A DNA stretch of 64,000 nucleotides, from assembly GCA_964619555.1 (NCBI GenBank), contig CAZUDV010000002.1, positions 141,659 through 205,658 on the forward strand, given 5' to 3'. The notes below the pieces were generated by a model. That model was not told the origin of the DNA and did not search any database. It saw only the letters and a list, made by a program, of their open reading frames with translations. How positions within the stretch are numbered: position 1 is the stretch's first letter; each line of letters begins with the position of its first letter. Source of the stretch: an uncultured Bacteroidales bacterium (GTDB lineage Bacteria > Bacteroidota > Bacteroidia > Bacteroidales > JAGOPY01). Positions 19,774 through 29,327 of this stretch are shown piece after piece. The translations under genes and the position numbers were made by a program.

Positions 19774-21285
19774 CTAAACACGGATCTTCCTGAATGCTTT
19801 TCCTGCAAATTCCGTAATATCGCTTGCTATGACAGATTCCATTCCAAGATTCTTCGCTGCCAGATCGCCCGCAAGTCCATGCAGGTAAACCCCAAGCAGA
19901 CAGGCATCCCTGGGATTGTAGCGCTGCGCCATCAGGCCGAGCAACATGCCGGTGAGCACGTCACCGCTACCGCCTGTAGCCATCCCCGGATTACCGGTCG
20001 AATTGAAGTAACAGGTCCCGTCCGGAGTGCTGACACAGGTATGGGCGCCTTTGAGAACGACATATACCCCGTATCTTACGCTGAATTCCCTTTGCAACTG
20101 ATTCCGGTGAAAATCATTTTTTGCGGTTCCGGCCATCCTTTCGAATTCCCTGGGATGGGGAGTGAAAACACTGTTTGGTGGTACAAAGGCCAGCCATGTT
20201 TTGTTTTGACCGAGGATCGTTATCGCATCGGCGTCGAAGATCAACGGCACCGTTGTGTTCTGGATCAGCAGTTTTAATGCGGAAGAGGTCTTCCTGTCGA
20301 ATCCGATGCCCGGTCCAATGGCAATTGCCTGGAAAGGAGAAAGATCCGGCAAATGGGAAAGACATTTCTCATCCGGATCGATCGTCACCATAGCTTCCGG
20401 AACAGCAGTCTGGATGACGGGGTATCCGGAAGAGGGGACATGCACATGCAACAAGCCTGCACCCGACCTCAAACAAGCCCTGGCAGCCAGAATCGCCGCC
20501 CCCATTTTCCCGTAACTTCCGGCAATCAGCAAGGCATGTCCGTAATTGCCTTTGTGTGAAAACTTCGTCCTGGGCCGGATCAGGTTCTTGACATCTTTTT
20601 TCTGAATATAATGGTTTTTCACTTCGACCTGTCGGATAAAATCTTTGTGCAAGCCGATTGGCAGGACTTCCCATTCACCAACATAAGGATCATTTTCGGC
20701 GAAGAGAAATGCCAGCTTAGGGAATTGGAATGACAGCGTAAAATCAGCTTTTACCACCGGCCCCTCCTTTTCATCCGTATGATCATCTCCCATCAGCCCT
20801 GAAGGGAAATCCACCGAAACGATCAGGGCCTGGCTATGGTTGATATGCCTGATGATTTTCGCAGTTAAACCGCTGGCGGGCCTGGTGAGCCCTGAACCGA
20901 ATATGGCATCGACCACTACATCGCCGGACCTTATTTCAGGCAAAGGGTCCTGGTCAGATAAATCTTTTAATGTCACCGTCTTCATTTCAAGAAGCTTACG
21001 GTAGTTGACCTGAAAATCCCCGCTGCTATTTTCCGTATGACGGATAATAAAAGCTTCGACATTGTAATTATACTGTCCCATCAGGCGGGCTATAACCAGG
21101 CCGTCCCCGCCGTTGTTGCCCATTCCGCAAAAGAACAGCACCCGCCGGGTGTTGTCTGTCCTTTTACGCAGCCAGTTGTAACAGGCCGTGGCTGCCCGTT
21201 CCATCAGTTCGGCGGAAGTTATCGGCTCATGCTCAATCGTATAAGCGTCAGCCAGACGGATCTTTTCAACCGGGAGTATTTTCAT
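19774..21285 (-). CDS. nnr: Bifunctional NAD(P)H-hydrate epimerase / ADP-dependent dehydratase
   Basis: N-terminal YjeF_N block FCGMGNNGGDGLV. C-terminal carbohydrate-kinase block GGSGDVLTGM. 503 aa. Confidence 0.9.
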   Translation of the reverse strand: MKILPVEKIRLADAYTIEHEPITSAELMERAATACYNWLRKRTDNTRRVLFFCGMGNNGGDGLVIARLMGQYNYNVEAFIIRHTENSSGDFQVNYRKLLEMKTVTLKDLSDQDPLPEIRSGDVVVDAIFGSGLTRPASGLTAKIIRHINHSQALIVSVDFPSGLMGDDHTDEKEGPVVKADFTLSFQFPKLAFLFAENDPYVGEWEVLPIGLHKDFIRQVEVKNHYIQKKDVKNLIRPRTKFSHKGNYGHALLIAGSYGKMGAAILAARACLRSGAGLLHVHVPSSGYPVIQTAVPEAMVTIDPDEKCLSHLPDLSPFQAIAIGPGIGFDRKTSSALKLLIQNTTVPLIFDADAITILGQNKTWLAFVPPNSVFTPHPREFERMAGTAKNDFHRNQLQREFSVRYGVYVVLKGAHTCVSTPDGTCYFNSTGNPGMATGGSGDVLTGMLLGLMAQRYNPRDACLLGVYLHGLAGDLAAKNLGMESVIASDITEFAGKAFRKIRV

Positions 21286-21303
21286 CAGGGATGGATTGTT
21301 TCA

Positions 21304-21311
21304 CAAATTTA
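21304..21311 (-). promoter_or_regulatory. -7 promoter box for nnr
   Basis: The minus strand reads TAAATTTG (TAnnTTTG). The nnr start codon is at 21285. Confidence 0.45.
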
Positions 21312-21387
21312 AGATTTCATCCAGGCAATACCAAGAAATAGGCAATTTATTAGACAGGGCCCCCGTCAGGAACACCCATCTTTAAGT

Positions 21388-21395
21388 TATTTTTG
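21388..21395 (+). promoter_or_regulatory. -7 promoter box for rlmD
   Basis: TATTTTTG. The rlmD ATG is at 21404, implying a very short leader. Confidence 0.45.
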
Positions 21396-21403
21396 CGCCG
21401 GAG

Positions 21404-22864
21404 ATGAAAAAAAGTAAGAGCAAGTACAAATCCCTGCCCCTGCTTGAATCGGTCGAAATCATCGATGCCGGGGCAGAGGGAATGGCAATAGCCAGAGATG
21501 GTAACAGAGTGGTCTTCACCCCTTATGGTGTTCCAGGAGACGTGGTGGATATCCAGGTGATCAGAAAGAAAAAATCATTTTTCGAAGGCCGGATTGTGAA
21601 TTATCACAGCTATTCCGGCAAAAGAACTGATCCTGTTTGCCAGCATTTTGGCGTTTGTGGCGGATGCCGGTGGCAGAATATGGATTATCAGCACCAACTT
21701 TACTACAAGCAAAAACAAGTGAGGGATAATTTCGACAGAATTGGAAAATTCAACTTTCCGGAGATCAGGCCGATCATCGGTTCAGCCAATGTTTATTTCT
21801 ACCGGAACAAGCTGGATTACACTTTTTCGAACCGTAAATGGTTCACAGGGCCAAGGCCGGAATTCAGGGATGATACCAACGCCAATGGCCTGGGATTTCA
21901 CCTGCCAGGGATGTTTGACAGGGTCCTGGATATTGAAAAGTGCCATTTGCAGGCTGATCCCAGTAATGAAATCAGGCTTGCGGTAAGGAATTATACTTTG
22001 GAGAAAGGCCTCAGCTATTATAATGCGAAGACCTGGGAAGGGTTCCTTCGAAACCTGATCATCCGCAATACGTCTGCCGGCCAGGTAATGGTCATCATGG
22101 TTTTTAATCATGAAGAAACCGAAGTGATCGATGACCTGATGAAATTCATCTCCGACCGGTTCCCATCTATTTCCAGCCTGATGTATACGATCAATGCCAA
22201 GCGTAACGATGACATTTCCGACCTGGAGATAAGGTTGTTCAAGGGCGAGCCTTTCATCCTGGAAAATCTGCCGACGTTCCTGAATGAACAGGAGATCTTA
22301 CAATTCAAAATCGGACCGGTTTCTTTCTTCCAGACTAATTCGCTGCAGGCTTCCGTTCTTTACAGAAAAGCAATCGAAATGGCGGATCTGCAAGGTCATG
22401 AAACAGTCTTTGACCTCTATTCCGGGACTGGAACCATTTCCTGTTATGTCTCTCCCCTGGTAAAAAAAGTTATAGGCATCGAATACATAGGCGCTGCCGT
22501 AAAAGATGCCAGGGAAAATGCCCGATTAAACGGGATTGCCAATGTTGAATTCATCGCAGGCGATATCGCCGGTGTCCTGAACGAAGGATTTGTGGCGGAA
22601 TATGGAAGGCCGGATCTGATCATAACCGATCCGCCCCGGTCAGGGATGCATGAAAAGGTCGTCAGGCAGATCCTGGAAATTGCACCTGAAAAAATTATAT
22701 ACATTAGCTGCAATCCAGCCACACAGGCACGTGACCTGTCCTTACTGACCGATAAATACGGGATTACGGCCGTTCAACCAGTGGACATGTTCCCTCACAC
22801 CCAGCACGTTGAGAATATAGTGTCTATGAGGCTGACTGAATCAGTTTCGCGGCAAGTTCCATGA
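21404..22864 (+). CDS. rlmD: 23S rRNA (uracil-C5)-methyltransferase, RlmD/RumA family
   Basis: TRAM domain (GDVVDIQV), Fe-S Cys cluster CQHFGVCGGCRWQ, SAM motif DLYSGTGT and catalytic DPPRSGMH. Confidence 0.85.
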   Translation: MKKSKSKYKSLPLLESVEIIDAGAEGMAIARDGNRVVFTPYGVPGDVVDIQVIRKKKSFFEGRIVNYHSYSGKRTDPVCQHFGVCGGCRWQNMDYQHQLYYKQKQVRDNFDRIGKFNFPEIRPIIGSANVYFYRNKLDYTFSNRKWFTGPRPEFRDDTNANGLGFHLPGMFDRVLDIEKCHLQADPSNEIRLAVRNYTLEKGLSYYNAKTWEGFLRNLIIRNTSAGQVMVIMVFNHEETEVIDDLMKFISDRFPSISSLMYTINAKRNDDISDLEIRLFKGEPFILENLPTFLNEQEILQFKIGPVSFFQTNSLQASVLYRKAIEMADLQGHETVFDLYSGTGTISCYVSPLVKKVIGIEYIGAAVKDARENARLNGIANVEFIAGDIAGVLNEGFVAEYGRPDLIITDPPRSGMHEKVVRQILEIAPEKIIYISCNPATQARDLSLLTDKYGITAVQPVDMFPHTQHVENIVSMRLTESVSRQVP

Positions 22865-23333
22865 TGTCCGGTTCACTGTCTTCCACACGAATCCTGGCCT
22901 GTGAGTAAAAACTCCTTCTGGCCTCCAGGTGCTGCCGGATAAATCCCGGCAATTGTTCCTGCGGGATGTTGCTCAGCAAAGGCCGGTCTAAAAATTTTCC
23001 TGAAAGCCGGGCCATGATCATATCGAAGGGAATGTCCAGAAAGACTGTAATGCCCCATGCATTCATCAGATTCATGTTATCTTCGTAACAGGGTGTTCCT
23101 CCGCCGGTAGCCACCACGAGGTCCTTATCATGCAAATGACTGATTAGCAATTCCCTTTCTTTGTTCCGGAAAGATTTTTCGCCATACTTTTCAAAAAAAT
23201 CCTTAACCGAATATCCGGATGAAACCTCTATCATCTCATCCATGTCCAGGAATCGGTAATGAAGGACATGAGCCAGCTTTCTTCCTGTCATGCTTTTTCC
23301 CGACCCCATATAACCAATAATAAATATCAGCAT
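22824..23333 (-). CDS. aroK: Shikimate kinase
   Basis: 169 aa. Walker A GYMGSGKS and the ATGGG shikimate-binding block. Its 3' end overlaps the rlmD 3' end by 41 nt. Confidence 0.9.
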   Translation of the reverse strand: MLIFIIGYMGSGKSMTGRKLAHVLHYRFLDMDEMIEVSSGYSVKDFFEKYGEKSFRNKERELLISHLHDKDLVVATGGGTPCYEDNMNLMNAWGITVFLDIPFDMIMARLSGKFLDRPLLSNIPQEQLPGFIRQHLEARRSFYSQARIRVEDSEPDIMELAAKLIQSAS

Positions 23334-23360
23334 TTTAGCAGCACCTGAATAATAGAAAGA

Positions 23361-24764
23361 TCAGTTGGCAAGTCTGATATTTGTGGTGATGCCTGACTTT
23401 ATCTCAAAAGCTTTCTCAATGGTGTACACAGACCTCTCCACATATTTAGACCTGAAAACAGCCCGGTAATATCCGGGCATAAGCACCAGGGATTCCTGCG
23501 ACTGCCCGTTGTCGCGTAAATTGTATATCCATTCGAGCTTACCGTCTTTCTCAAGGTATAAGCTCCCGAACCCCCGGATTGGTTTCTGTACGACCAATAT
23601 TCCCGGAACCGGAATATCAACTGAGGTGGTATGGCTCTGGGTTATTTTGACATCATTGACGTATATCCTTGGCAGGCTGAGTATTTCGAGATTATAGGTC
23701 CCGGTAATATATTTCTCCGGAATATCCACATCCTGAACATTGATCGTTTCCATACTTCCCTGCCTGCGGACAATGGTCTTCACCGACCGGAGAACCACGC
23801 TTTGAGAGTTCATTTTCAAATGCAGGAATCCTTGAGGGACATTGACCGGGATAATGGTATGTTTCCCGGGATTCAGCCTGATACTGTCGACTTTAACAGG
23901 AGGAATCGTATGGACTTCAATGTTATAAGTGATCAATGGATCAATAGTAAGGGTATCAGGCAGTCCAAGATAATTCATCGTATGAATGAAGTTATATTTG
24001 ATCTTGCCGGTAAAATTGTCATAAAACGTCATATTGACATTGGTTTCGGTTGGCCGGCCATTGGCATCCAGTAAATTCACCTGCGCGGTGGTCGGATTCA
24101 ATGCCCGTGAAATGACTACATTCATTGCTTCTGTGAACTGGTTCTCACTCGAAGCATCAAAATATGTCCCCACACAATTGAATGCCTTCTCAAAATTGGT
24201 ACCGATGCCTATAATGAAAGGTTTCAGCGCGATCCCGCTTTTCTGAAGGACCTCGGAAGCCTTGCAGGGGTCCCCGTCACATTCTTCAATTCCATCTGTG
24301 ATCAGGACGATGATGTTCCGGCAATTATCACAGGGTGGAAAGTCGTTCACTGTTTGTTCCAGCGAATATGCTATCGGTGAAGTTCCTTTCGGGGTGATAC
24401 TGTTCAGCTTTGCTACGACCTTGTCGAAATTCCCTTTGCCAAAAGGCACTTCCAGTTTGCTATCCGTACAAACCTGCGGAGGGTAGGCATATTGATGTCC
24501 GTAAAGGCGGATAGCAACTTCGACCCCATTCATGGTCTTCAGGCTGTCCAGAACCTTGGTAAGGATATTTTTGGCAATATTGTACTTTATGTCGGTCTGC
24601 CACCGGCCGTACATACTTTGAGATGCATCGAAAACGAATAAAATTCGCGTTAAAGGTTTCTGGTCATTGTTCAAGGCAGGTTTTGGCTGAACCTGGGCGA
24701 CAGAAGTCAGGCAGGTTATCAGAAGAAGTATAGACCATATGGTTGTCCGGACCGCTTTGCCCAA
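23361..24764 (-). CDS. von Willebrand factor type A domain protein, secreted
   Basis: MIDAS motif in ILFVFDASQSMYG, preceded by a signal peptide. Apparent TTG start at 24764, with no in-frame ATG upstream of the signal peptide. Confidence 0.7.
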   Translation of the reverse strand: MGKAVRTTIWSILLLITCLTSVAQVQPKPALNNDQKPLTRILFVFDASQSMYGRWQTDIKYNIAKNILTKVLDSLKTMNGVEVAIRLYGHQYAYPPQVCTDSKLEVPFGKGNFDKVVAKLNSITPKGTSPIAYSLEQTVNDFPPCDNCRNIIVLITDGIEECDGDPCKASEVLQKSGIALKPFIIGIGTNFEKAFNCVGTYFDASSENQFTEAMNVVISRALNPTTAQVNLLDANGRPTETNVNMTFYDNFTGKIKYNFIHTMNYLGLPDTLTIDPLITYNIEVHTIPPVKVDSIRLNPGKHTIIPVNVPQGFLHLKMNSQSVVLRSVKTIVRRQGSMETINVQDVDIPEKYITGTYNLEILSLPRIYVNDVKITQSHTTSVDIPVPGILVVQKPIRGFGSLYLEKDGKLEWIYNLRDNGQSQESLVLMPGYYRAVFRSKYVERSVYTIEKAFEIKSGITTNIRLAN

Positions 24765-24780
24765 AGCACTAGTTTTTTTT

Positions 24781-24788
24781 CAAAAATA
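24781..24788 (-). promoter_or_regulatory. -7 promoter box for the VWA gene
   Basis: The minus strand reads TATTTTTG. The gene starts at 24764. Confidence 0.45.
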
Positions 24789-24864
24789 GAGTATTTACGC
24801 ACTTGTGAAAATAAATTGTTGAAAAATCCGCTCAGGTTTTAATGGATGCCGCATTCAAGGTGTT

Positions 24865-24872
24865 TATTTTTG
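24865..24872 (+). promoter_or_regulatory. -7 promoter box for the GH3/serine-hydrolase gene
   Basis: TATTTTTG. The preferred ATG is at 24903. Confidence 0.45.
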
Positions 24873-24902
24873 ACAATCCAAAAGGACTTGAATATTCATG
24901 AT

Positions 24903-27863
24903 ATGAGTGATAACGATTTCATCAGATACCTTCTTATCATTTTCTTATTTTTTATTTTTCCGGCAGGGTTTTCACAAACGGCTTCCGTTCCTCCACACCA
25001 GAACGGACAGGATTGGGTGGATTCGGTACTGAACAGCCTGACCCGCGAGGAAATGATCGCGCAGCTAATGATCATAAGAGCGAATAATCCCAACCAACCT
25101 TATTTTGACGTAATTGATGGGTACATAAGGAAATACAATATCGGTGGAGTGACTTTTTTCGGGGGCCATCCCAAATTGCAGGCCAGGCAGACCAACTCCT
25201 GGCAGGCGCTCGCTAAAACACCATTATTGATATCAATTGACGGCGAATGGGGACCTGCCATGAGGCTGGACAGCACAATTGCCTTTCCTTACCAGATGAC
25301 TCTCGGCGCAGTTTCGAACGATAGCCTTATCTATAACATGGGATTGGAAATTGCCGGACAGTGCAAGGCGCTTGGGGTCCACCTGAATTTTGCCCCGGTC
25401 GTGGATATCAATTCCAATCCGGCCAATCCGGTCATCCATATGCGTTCTTTCGGAGAAAACAGGGATGATGTCGCTAGAAAGGGGATCATGTACATGAAGG
25501 GAATGCAGGATGGAGGCTTGCTCGTTACCGCGAAACATTTTCCCGGGCATGGGGATACGGATACTGATTCGCATTCCACCCTTCCTCTAATCAAACACTC
25601 CAGGGCCAGGCTGGATAGTATCGAAACATACCCTTTCAGGGAACTGATCAAAGCCGGGCTGGACGGTATCATGATAGCCCATCTGAATATCCCTGCCCTG
25701 GACAGCAATCCCCATACCCCTTCCACCCTGTCGGCCCCCATAGTTTCCGGTTTCCTGCGTGAAGAACTTGGATTCAACGGATTGATCGTCACAGATGCAC
25801 TGGATATGAAAGGTGTTACCCTTAACTCTAATCCTGGAGAGATAGAACTGGAAGCATTGAAAGCCGGTAATGACATCTTATTGCTAAGTTCCAATGTTCC
25901 CGTTGCCCTGGCACGCATCAGTCAAGCTGTTGAATCAGGTGAAATATCAGAGGAATTGATCAGGGAACGGTGCCGCAAGGTGCTTGCATTCAAATACAAG
26001 GCAGGACTCTCGGAATATAAGCCAACCGACGTTTCCGGCATTGACCTGGAATTGAATTCACCATCCTCGGAATTTGTTGCCAGGCAGTTGTTTGAAGGAG
26101 CTGTGACCATCTTAAAAAACGATCAGGACCTCTTGCCACTTAAAAATCTTGATACGCTTGAGATTGCTTCGGTATCCATTGGCTATAACAAAATAACGCC
26201 ATTCCAGGAACGGCTTCAGTACTATGCCCCGGTTGACCATTTCTGGCTTAAAAAAGAACCTGCAGAGAGTGAGATTATGGCATTGATAGCAAAATTAAAA
26301 GCATATGATCTCATTATAGTATCGCTTCAGAATACCAGCATCTGGGGAGGAAAGCCGTTCGGTATCAGTAACCAGGCACTGAATTTCATCCGCCAGTGTT
26401 CCACGAATAAAAAAGTAGTGCTGGACCTTTTCACCACACCCTATGCCATAAGTGTCCTGGATGCCGGTATGAAGCCCGCAGCAATCGTTTTATCGTACCA
26501 GGACCATCCTTTCATGCAGGATATCTCCGCACAAGTCATCTTTGGGGGCATACCTGCCACGGGAAAGCTCCCTGTTACGGCTTCCGTCAGTTTTCCTTAC
26601 GGCTCAGGCATTACCACTTCGGCATTCCGGCTTAAGTATACCATACCGGAAGAGCTTGGGATTCAACGCTCCTGGCTGGCCCCAATCGACTCCATGATCA
26701 GTGAAAGCATCCGTAAAAAGATATTTCCGGGTTGCCAGGTCTACGCGGCCAAAGATGGAAAGGTGTTTTATCTGAAGGCTTTCGGCCATCACACATACCC
26801 TGAAAACACCAATCGGGTAGGCCTTTTTGATATCTATGACCTGGCTTCCCTGACAAAGGTCGTTGCCACAACGATAGCTATTATGCGTCTTCAGAATGAA
26901 GATAAGATCGATATCGACCGCAAAATCCAGGATTATCTCCCTTACTTCAGGAATACCACCAAGGGGTCGGTCATTATAAGGGAAATGATGGCGCACCAGG
27001 CCCGGTTAAAACCCTGGATCCCTTTCTATAAGTACACCCTCAAGGATGATAAGCTTGATTCTGCCTGGTATCGCAGCAGCCCCGGGAACGACTTCACCGC
27101 CAGGGTGGCTGAAAATATCTATATCAAAAACGACTACAAATATGTCATCTACGATAGCATCATAGCATCGAAGTTCCTTCCGTCCAACTCCTATAAATAC
27201 AGTGACCTTGGCTTTTACCTGTTGCCTGATATTGTTGAGGGGATTTCCGGCAAGTCCCTGAAACAATTTACGGAAGATTTATTTTATAGACCGCTGGGGT
27301 TATCCACACTTGGTTTTCAGCCAAGATACCGGTTCGGGCTGGAACATATCGTACCAACCGAAAACGATATGATATTCCGGAAACAATTGATCCACGGAGA
27401 TGTGCATGATCCGGGTGCGGCCATGATGGGTGGGATCTCAGGTCATGCCGGATTATTTTCCAATGCCAACGACCTGGGCATTGTATCCGAGATGCTGATC
27501 CGGGAAGGGTCTTATGCAGGAGATCAGTATCTTAAACCCGAAACGGTCAGGGAGTATACCAGCCAGCAATTTCCGCTGAATGACAACCGGCGCGGTATCG
27601 GTTTTGACCGGCCCCTGCCTGAATATAATGATGATGGGCCTTGCTGCAAAAGCGCTTCTGTGTTGAGTTATGGTCATTCTGGCTTCACCGGGACCTACAT
27701 GTGGATCGATCCCTCGAACGGGCTGACTTACGTTTTCCTTTCCAACCGCGTTTATCCCGATGCGGAGAACAATAAACTGAGCAGTCTCAGGATTCGCCCA
27801 AAAATCCACCAGATTCTGTACGATGCCATCGAAAAAAGTGCGAATTTTGCCCCTCTCAAATAA
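24903..27863 (+). CDS. Fusion of a glycoside hydrolase family 3 (NagZ-like) domain and a beta-lactamase-fold serine hydrolase
   Basis: GH3 signature KHFPGHGDTDTDSH in the N-terminal half. The C-terminal half has SxxK in DLASLTKV and a late HSGFTG block. A signal peptide follows ATG 24903. Confidence 0.85.
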   Translation: MSDNDFIRYLLIIFLFFIFPAGFSQTASVPPHQNGQDWVDSVLNSLTREEMIAQLMIIRANNPNQPYFDVIDGYIRKYNIGGVTFFGGHPKLQARQTNSWQALAKTPLLISIDGEWGPAMRLDSTIAFPYQMTLGAVSNDSLIYNMGLEIAGQCKALGVHLNFAPVVDINSNPANPVIHMRSFGENRDDVARKGIMYMKGMQDGGLLVTAKHFPGHGDTDTDSHSTLPLIKHSRARLDSIETYPFRELIKAGLDGIMIAHLNIPALDSNPHTPSTLSAPIVSGFLREELGFNGLIVTDALDMKGVTLNSNPGEIELEALKAGNDILLLSSNVPVALARISQAVESGEISEELIRERCRKVLAFKYKAGLSEYKPTDVSGIDLELNSPSSEFVARQLFEGAVTILKNDQDLLPLKNLDTLEIASVSIGYNKITPFQERLQYYAPVDHFWLKKEPAESEIMALIAKLKAYDLIIVSLQNTSIWGGKPFGISNQALNFIRQCSTNKKVVLDLFTTPYAISVLDAGMKPAAIVLSYQDHPFMQDISAQVIFGGIPATGKLPVTASVSFPYGSGITTSAFRLKYTIPEELGIQRSWLAPIDSMISESIRKKIFPGCQVYAAKDGKVFYLKAFGHHTYPENTNRVGLFDIYDLASLTKVVATTIAIMRLQNEDKIDIDRKIQDYLPYFRNTTKGSVIIREMMAHQARLKPWIPFYKYTLKDDKLDSAWYRSSPGNDFTARVAENIYIKNDYKYVIYDSIIASKFLPSNSYKYSDLGFYLLPDIVEGISGKSLKQFTEDLFYRPLGLSTLGFQPRYRFGLEHIVPTENDMIFRKQLIHGDVHDPGAAMMGGISGHAGLFSNANDLGIVSEMLIREGSYAGDQYLKPETVREYTSQQFPLNDNRRGIGFDRPLPEYNDDGPCCKSASVLSYGHSGFTGTYMWIDPSNGLTYVFLSNRVYPDAENNKLSSLRIRPKIHQILYDAIEKSANFAPLK

Positions 27864-27875
27864 TGTTTTTTACAT

Positions 27876-28691
27876 ATGAAGTTCCGCGGACCACTATTAT
27901 GGATATTTTCCTTTTTTTTCACTATTGCCATTGCTTATTATCAGCGGACTACAGGTCCCACCTATCCAGTCAGGGGAACCATAGAGCTGAACGGTAAAAT
28001 GATCAAATACCGGCTTGTCAGAAGCTCTGATGATGCGCATGGCGCTAGAATTGAAATAAAAAAGGTGGATGCATCCGTTCAGGGGATGATCAAATTCAAA
28101 CGACTGAATTCACCGGATGATTGGACCCCGGTCATCATGACCAGGGAAGGTGAAAACCTTGTCGGAACGCTGCCTCCCCAGCCGCCGGCAGGCAAACTGG
28201 AATATTTTGTGACCCTGGAAAGTGGAGGAACAATAGCAACGCTTAACGAAGAGCCGGTCGTGATCCGTTACAAGGGCAAAGTGCCCGATTGGGTTCTGAT
28301 CCCGCATATTATCATCATGTTCGTTGCCATGATGCTTTCAACCCGCACCGGGCTGGAAGCGCTTACCGGAGGTAAAAAAGCTTACCGGATGGCCTGGGTG
28401 ACGGTAATCACGTTATTTGTCGGCGGGCTGATCCTGGGTCCTGTCGTGCAAAAATATGCCTTTGGAGCCTTCTGGACCGGCTGGCCTTTCGGTGAGGACC
28501 TTACCGATAACAAGACCCTGGCCGCCTGGATCTTCTGGGCTGTCGCACTCTGGAGGTTACGCCGAAATCCTGCTAACCGCTCCTGGCCGGTCATCGCCAT
28601 GGTCGTCCTGTTACTGGTTTACCTGATACCGCACAGCATGTTTGGAAGCGAACTGGATTATACTACCGGCGAAGTCACAACAGGACGATAA
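27876..28691 (+). CDS. Hypothetical integral membrane protein
   Basis: N-terminal TM helix, a soluble domain of about 110 aa, then 4 to 5 TM helices (HIIIMFVAMMLS, VTVITLFVGGLILGPV, AAWIFWAVALW, VIAMVVLLLVYLI). Confidence 0.45.
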   Translation: MKFRGPLLWIFSFFFTIAIAYYQRTTGPTYPVRGTIELNGKMIKYRLVRSSDDAHGARIEIKKVDASVQGMIKFKRLNSPDDWTPVIMTREGENLVGTLPPQPPAGKLEYFVTLESGGTIATLNEEPVVIRYKGKVPDWVLIPHIIIMFVAMMLSTRTGLEALTGGKKAYRMAWVTVITLFVGGLILGPVVQKYAFGAFWTGWPFGEDLTDNKTLAAWIFWAVALWRLRRNPANRSWPVIAMVVLLLVYLIPHSMFGSELDYTTGEVTTGR

Positions 28692-28715
28692 TAACTAAAT
28701 GTAAATCAATATATT

Positions 28716-29327
28716 GTGAACCTGGCCATCATCATCATAACCACCCTGATCTCCATCATCGCCCTGTATAATCAGGAGTTGTTTGACCGGCTGAAGTTCA
28801 ATCCGTTTGGCATCAAGCACAACGGACAAGGATGGAGATTTTTTACTTACGGTCTGGTACATGCCGATTTCATCCACCTTTTCATCAACATGTTCGTCCT
28901 GTATTCTTTTGGTAAAGCAGTAACCGATGCATATCACTTCTATTTCGACGATAAGGGTTACATGTTTTACCTGATGTTGTATATCGGCGGGATCGTTTTT
29001 TCAGTACTGGTGGATTTCGGTAAGCATAAGGACGATGTGTGGTACAATGCTGTTGGCGCTTCGGGAGCCGTGTCGGCCGTCCTGTTTGCAAGCATCTTCC
29101 TTTACCCTACCGGTTCCGTTTACCTGTTCCCTATCCCCTTCCCTCTTCCTTCGGTTGTTTTCGGAGTCCTGTACCTGGTCTATTCGGCTGTAATGGCCCG
29201 CCGTGGCAGGGATAACATCGGGCATAACGCCCATTTCTTCGGGGCAGTTTTCGGGATCGCATTTACGGTTGCTTTAAAACCCAGGCTGCTGATCAGTTTC
29301 TGGGAACAAATCCAGAGCCTATTTTAG
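28716..29327 (+). CDS. Rhomboid family intramembrane serine protease (second copy)
   Basis: HLFINMFVLYSFG, GASGAVSAVLFA (GxSG) and HNAHFFGAVFG. GTG start at 28716. Confidence 0.75.
   Translation: MNLAIIIITTLISIIALYNQELFDRLKFNPFGIKHNGQGWRFFTYGLVHADFIHLFINMFVLYSFGKAVTDAYHFYFDDKGYMFYLMLYIGGIVFSVLVDFGKHKDDVWYNAVGASGAVSAVLFASIFLYPTGSVYLFPIPFPLPSVVFGVLYLVYSAVMARRGRDNIGHNAHFFGAVFGIAFTVALKPRLLISFWEQIQSLF

Noticed and set aside
25331-25918. 195-aa antisense ORF inside the GH3/serine-hydrolase gene. Comparable long antisense ORFs occur inside dnaE (55573-56076), TBDR2 (8138-8614), the TBDR3 region (32244-32723) and the spermidine-synthase-like gene (62275-62778).
   Set aside because: These are shadow ORFs opposite well-supported genes. 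I could read no family signatures or start-site signals.
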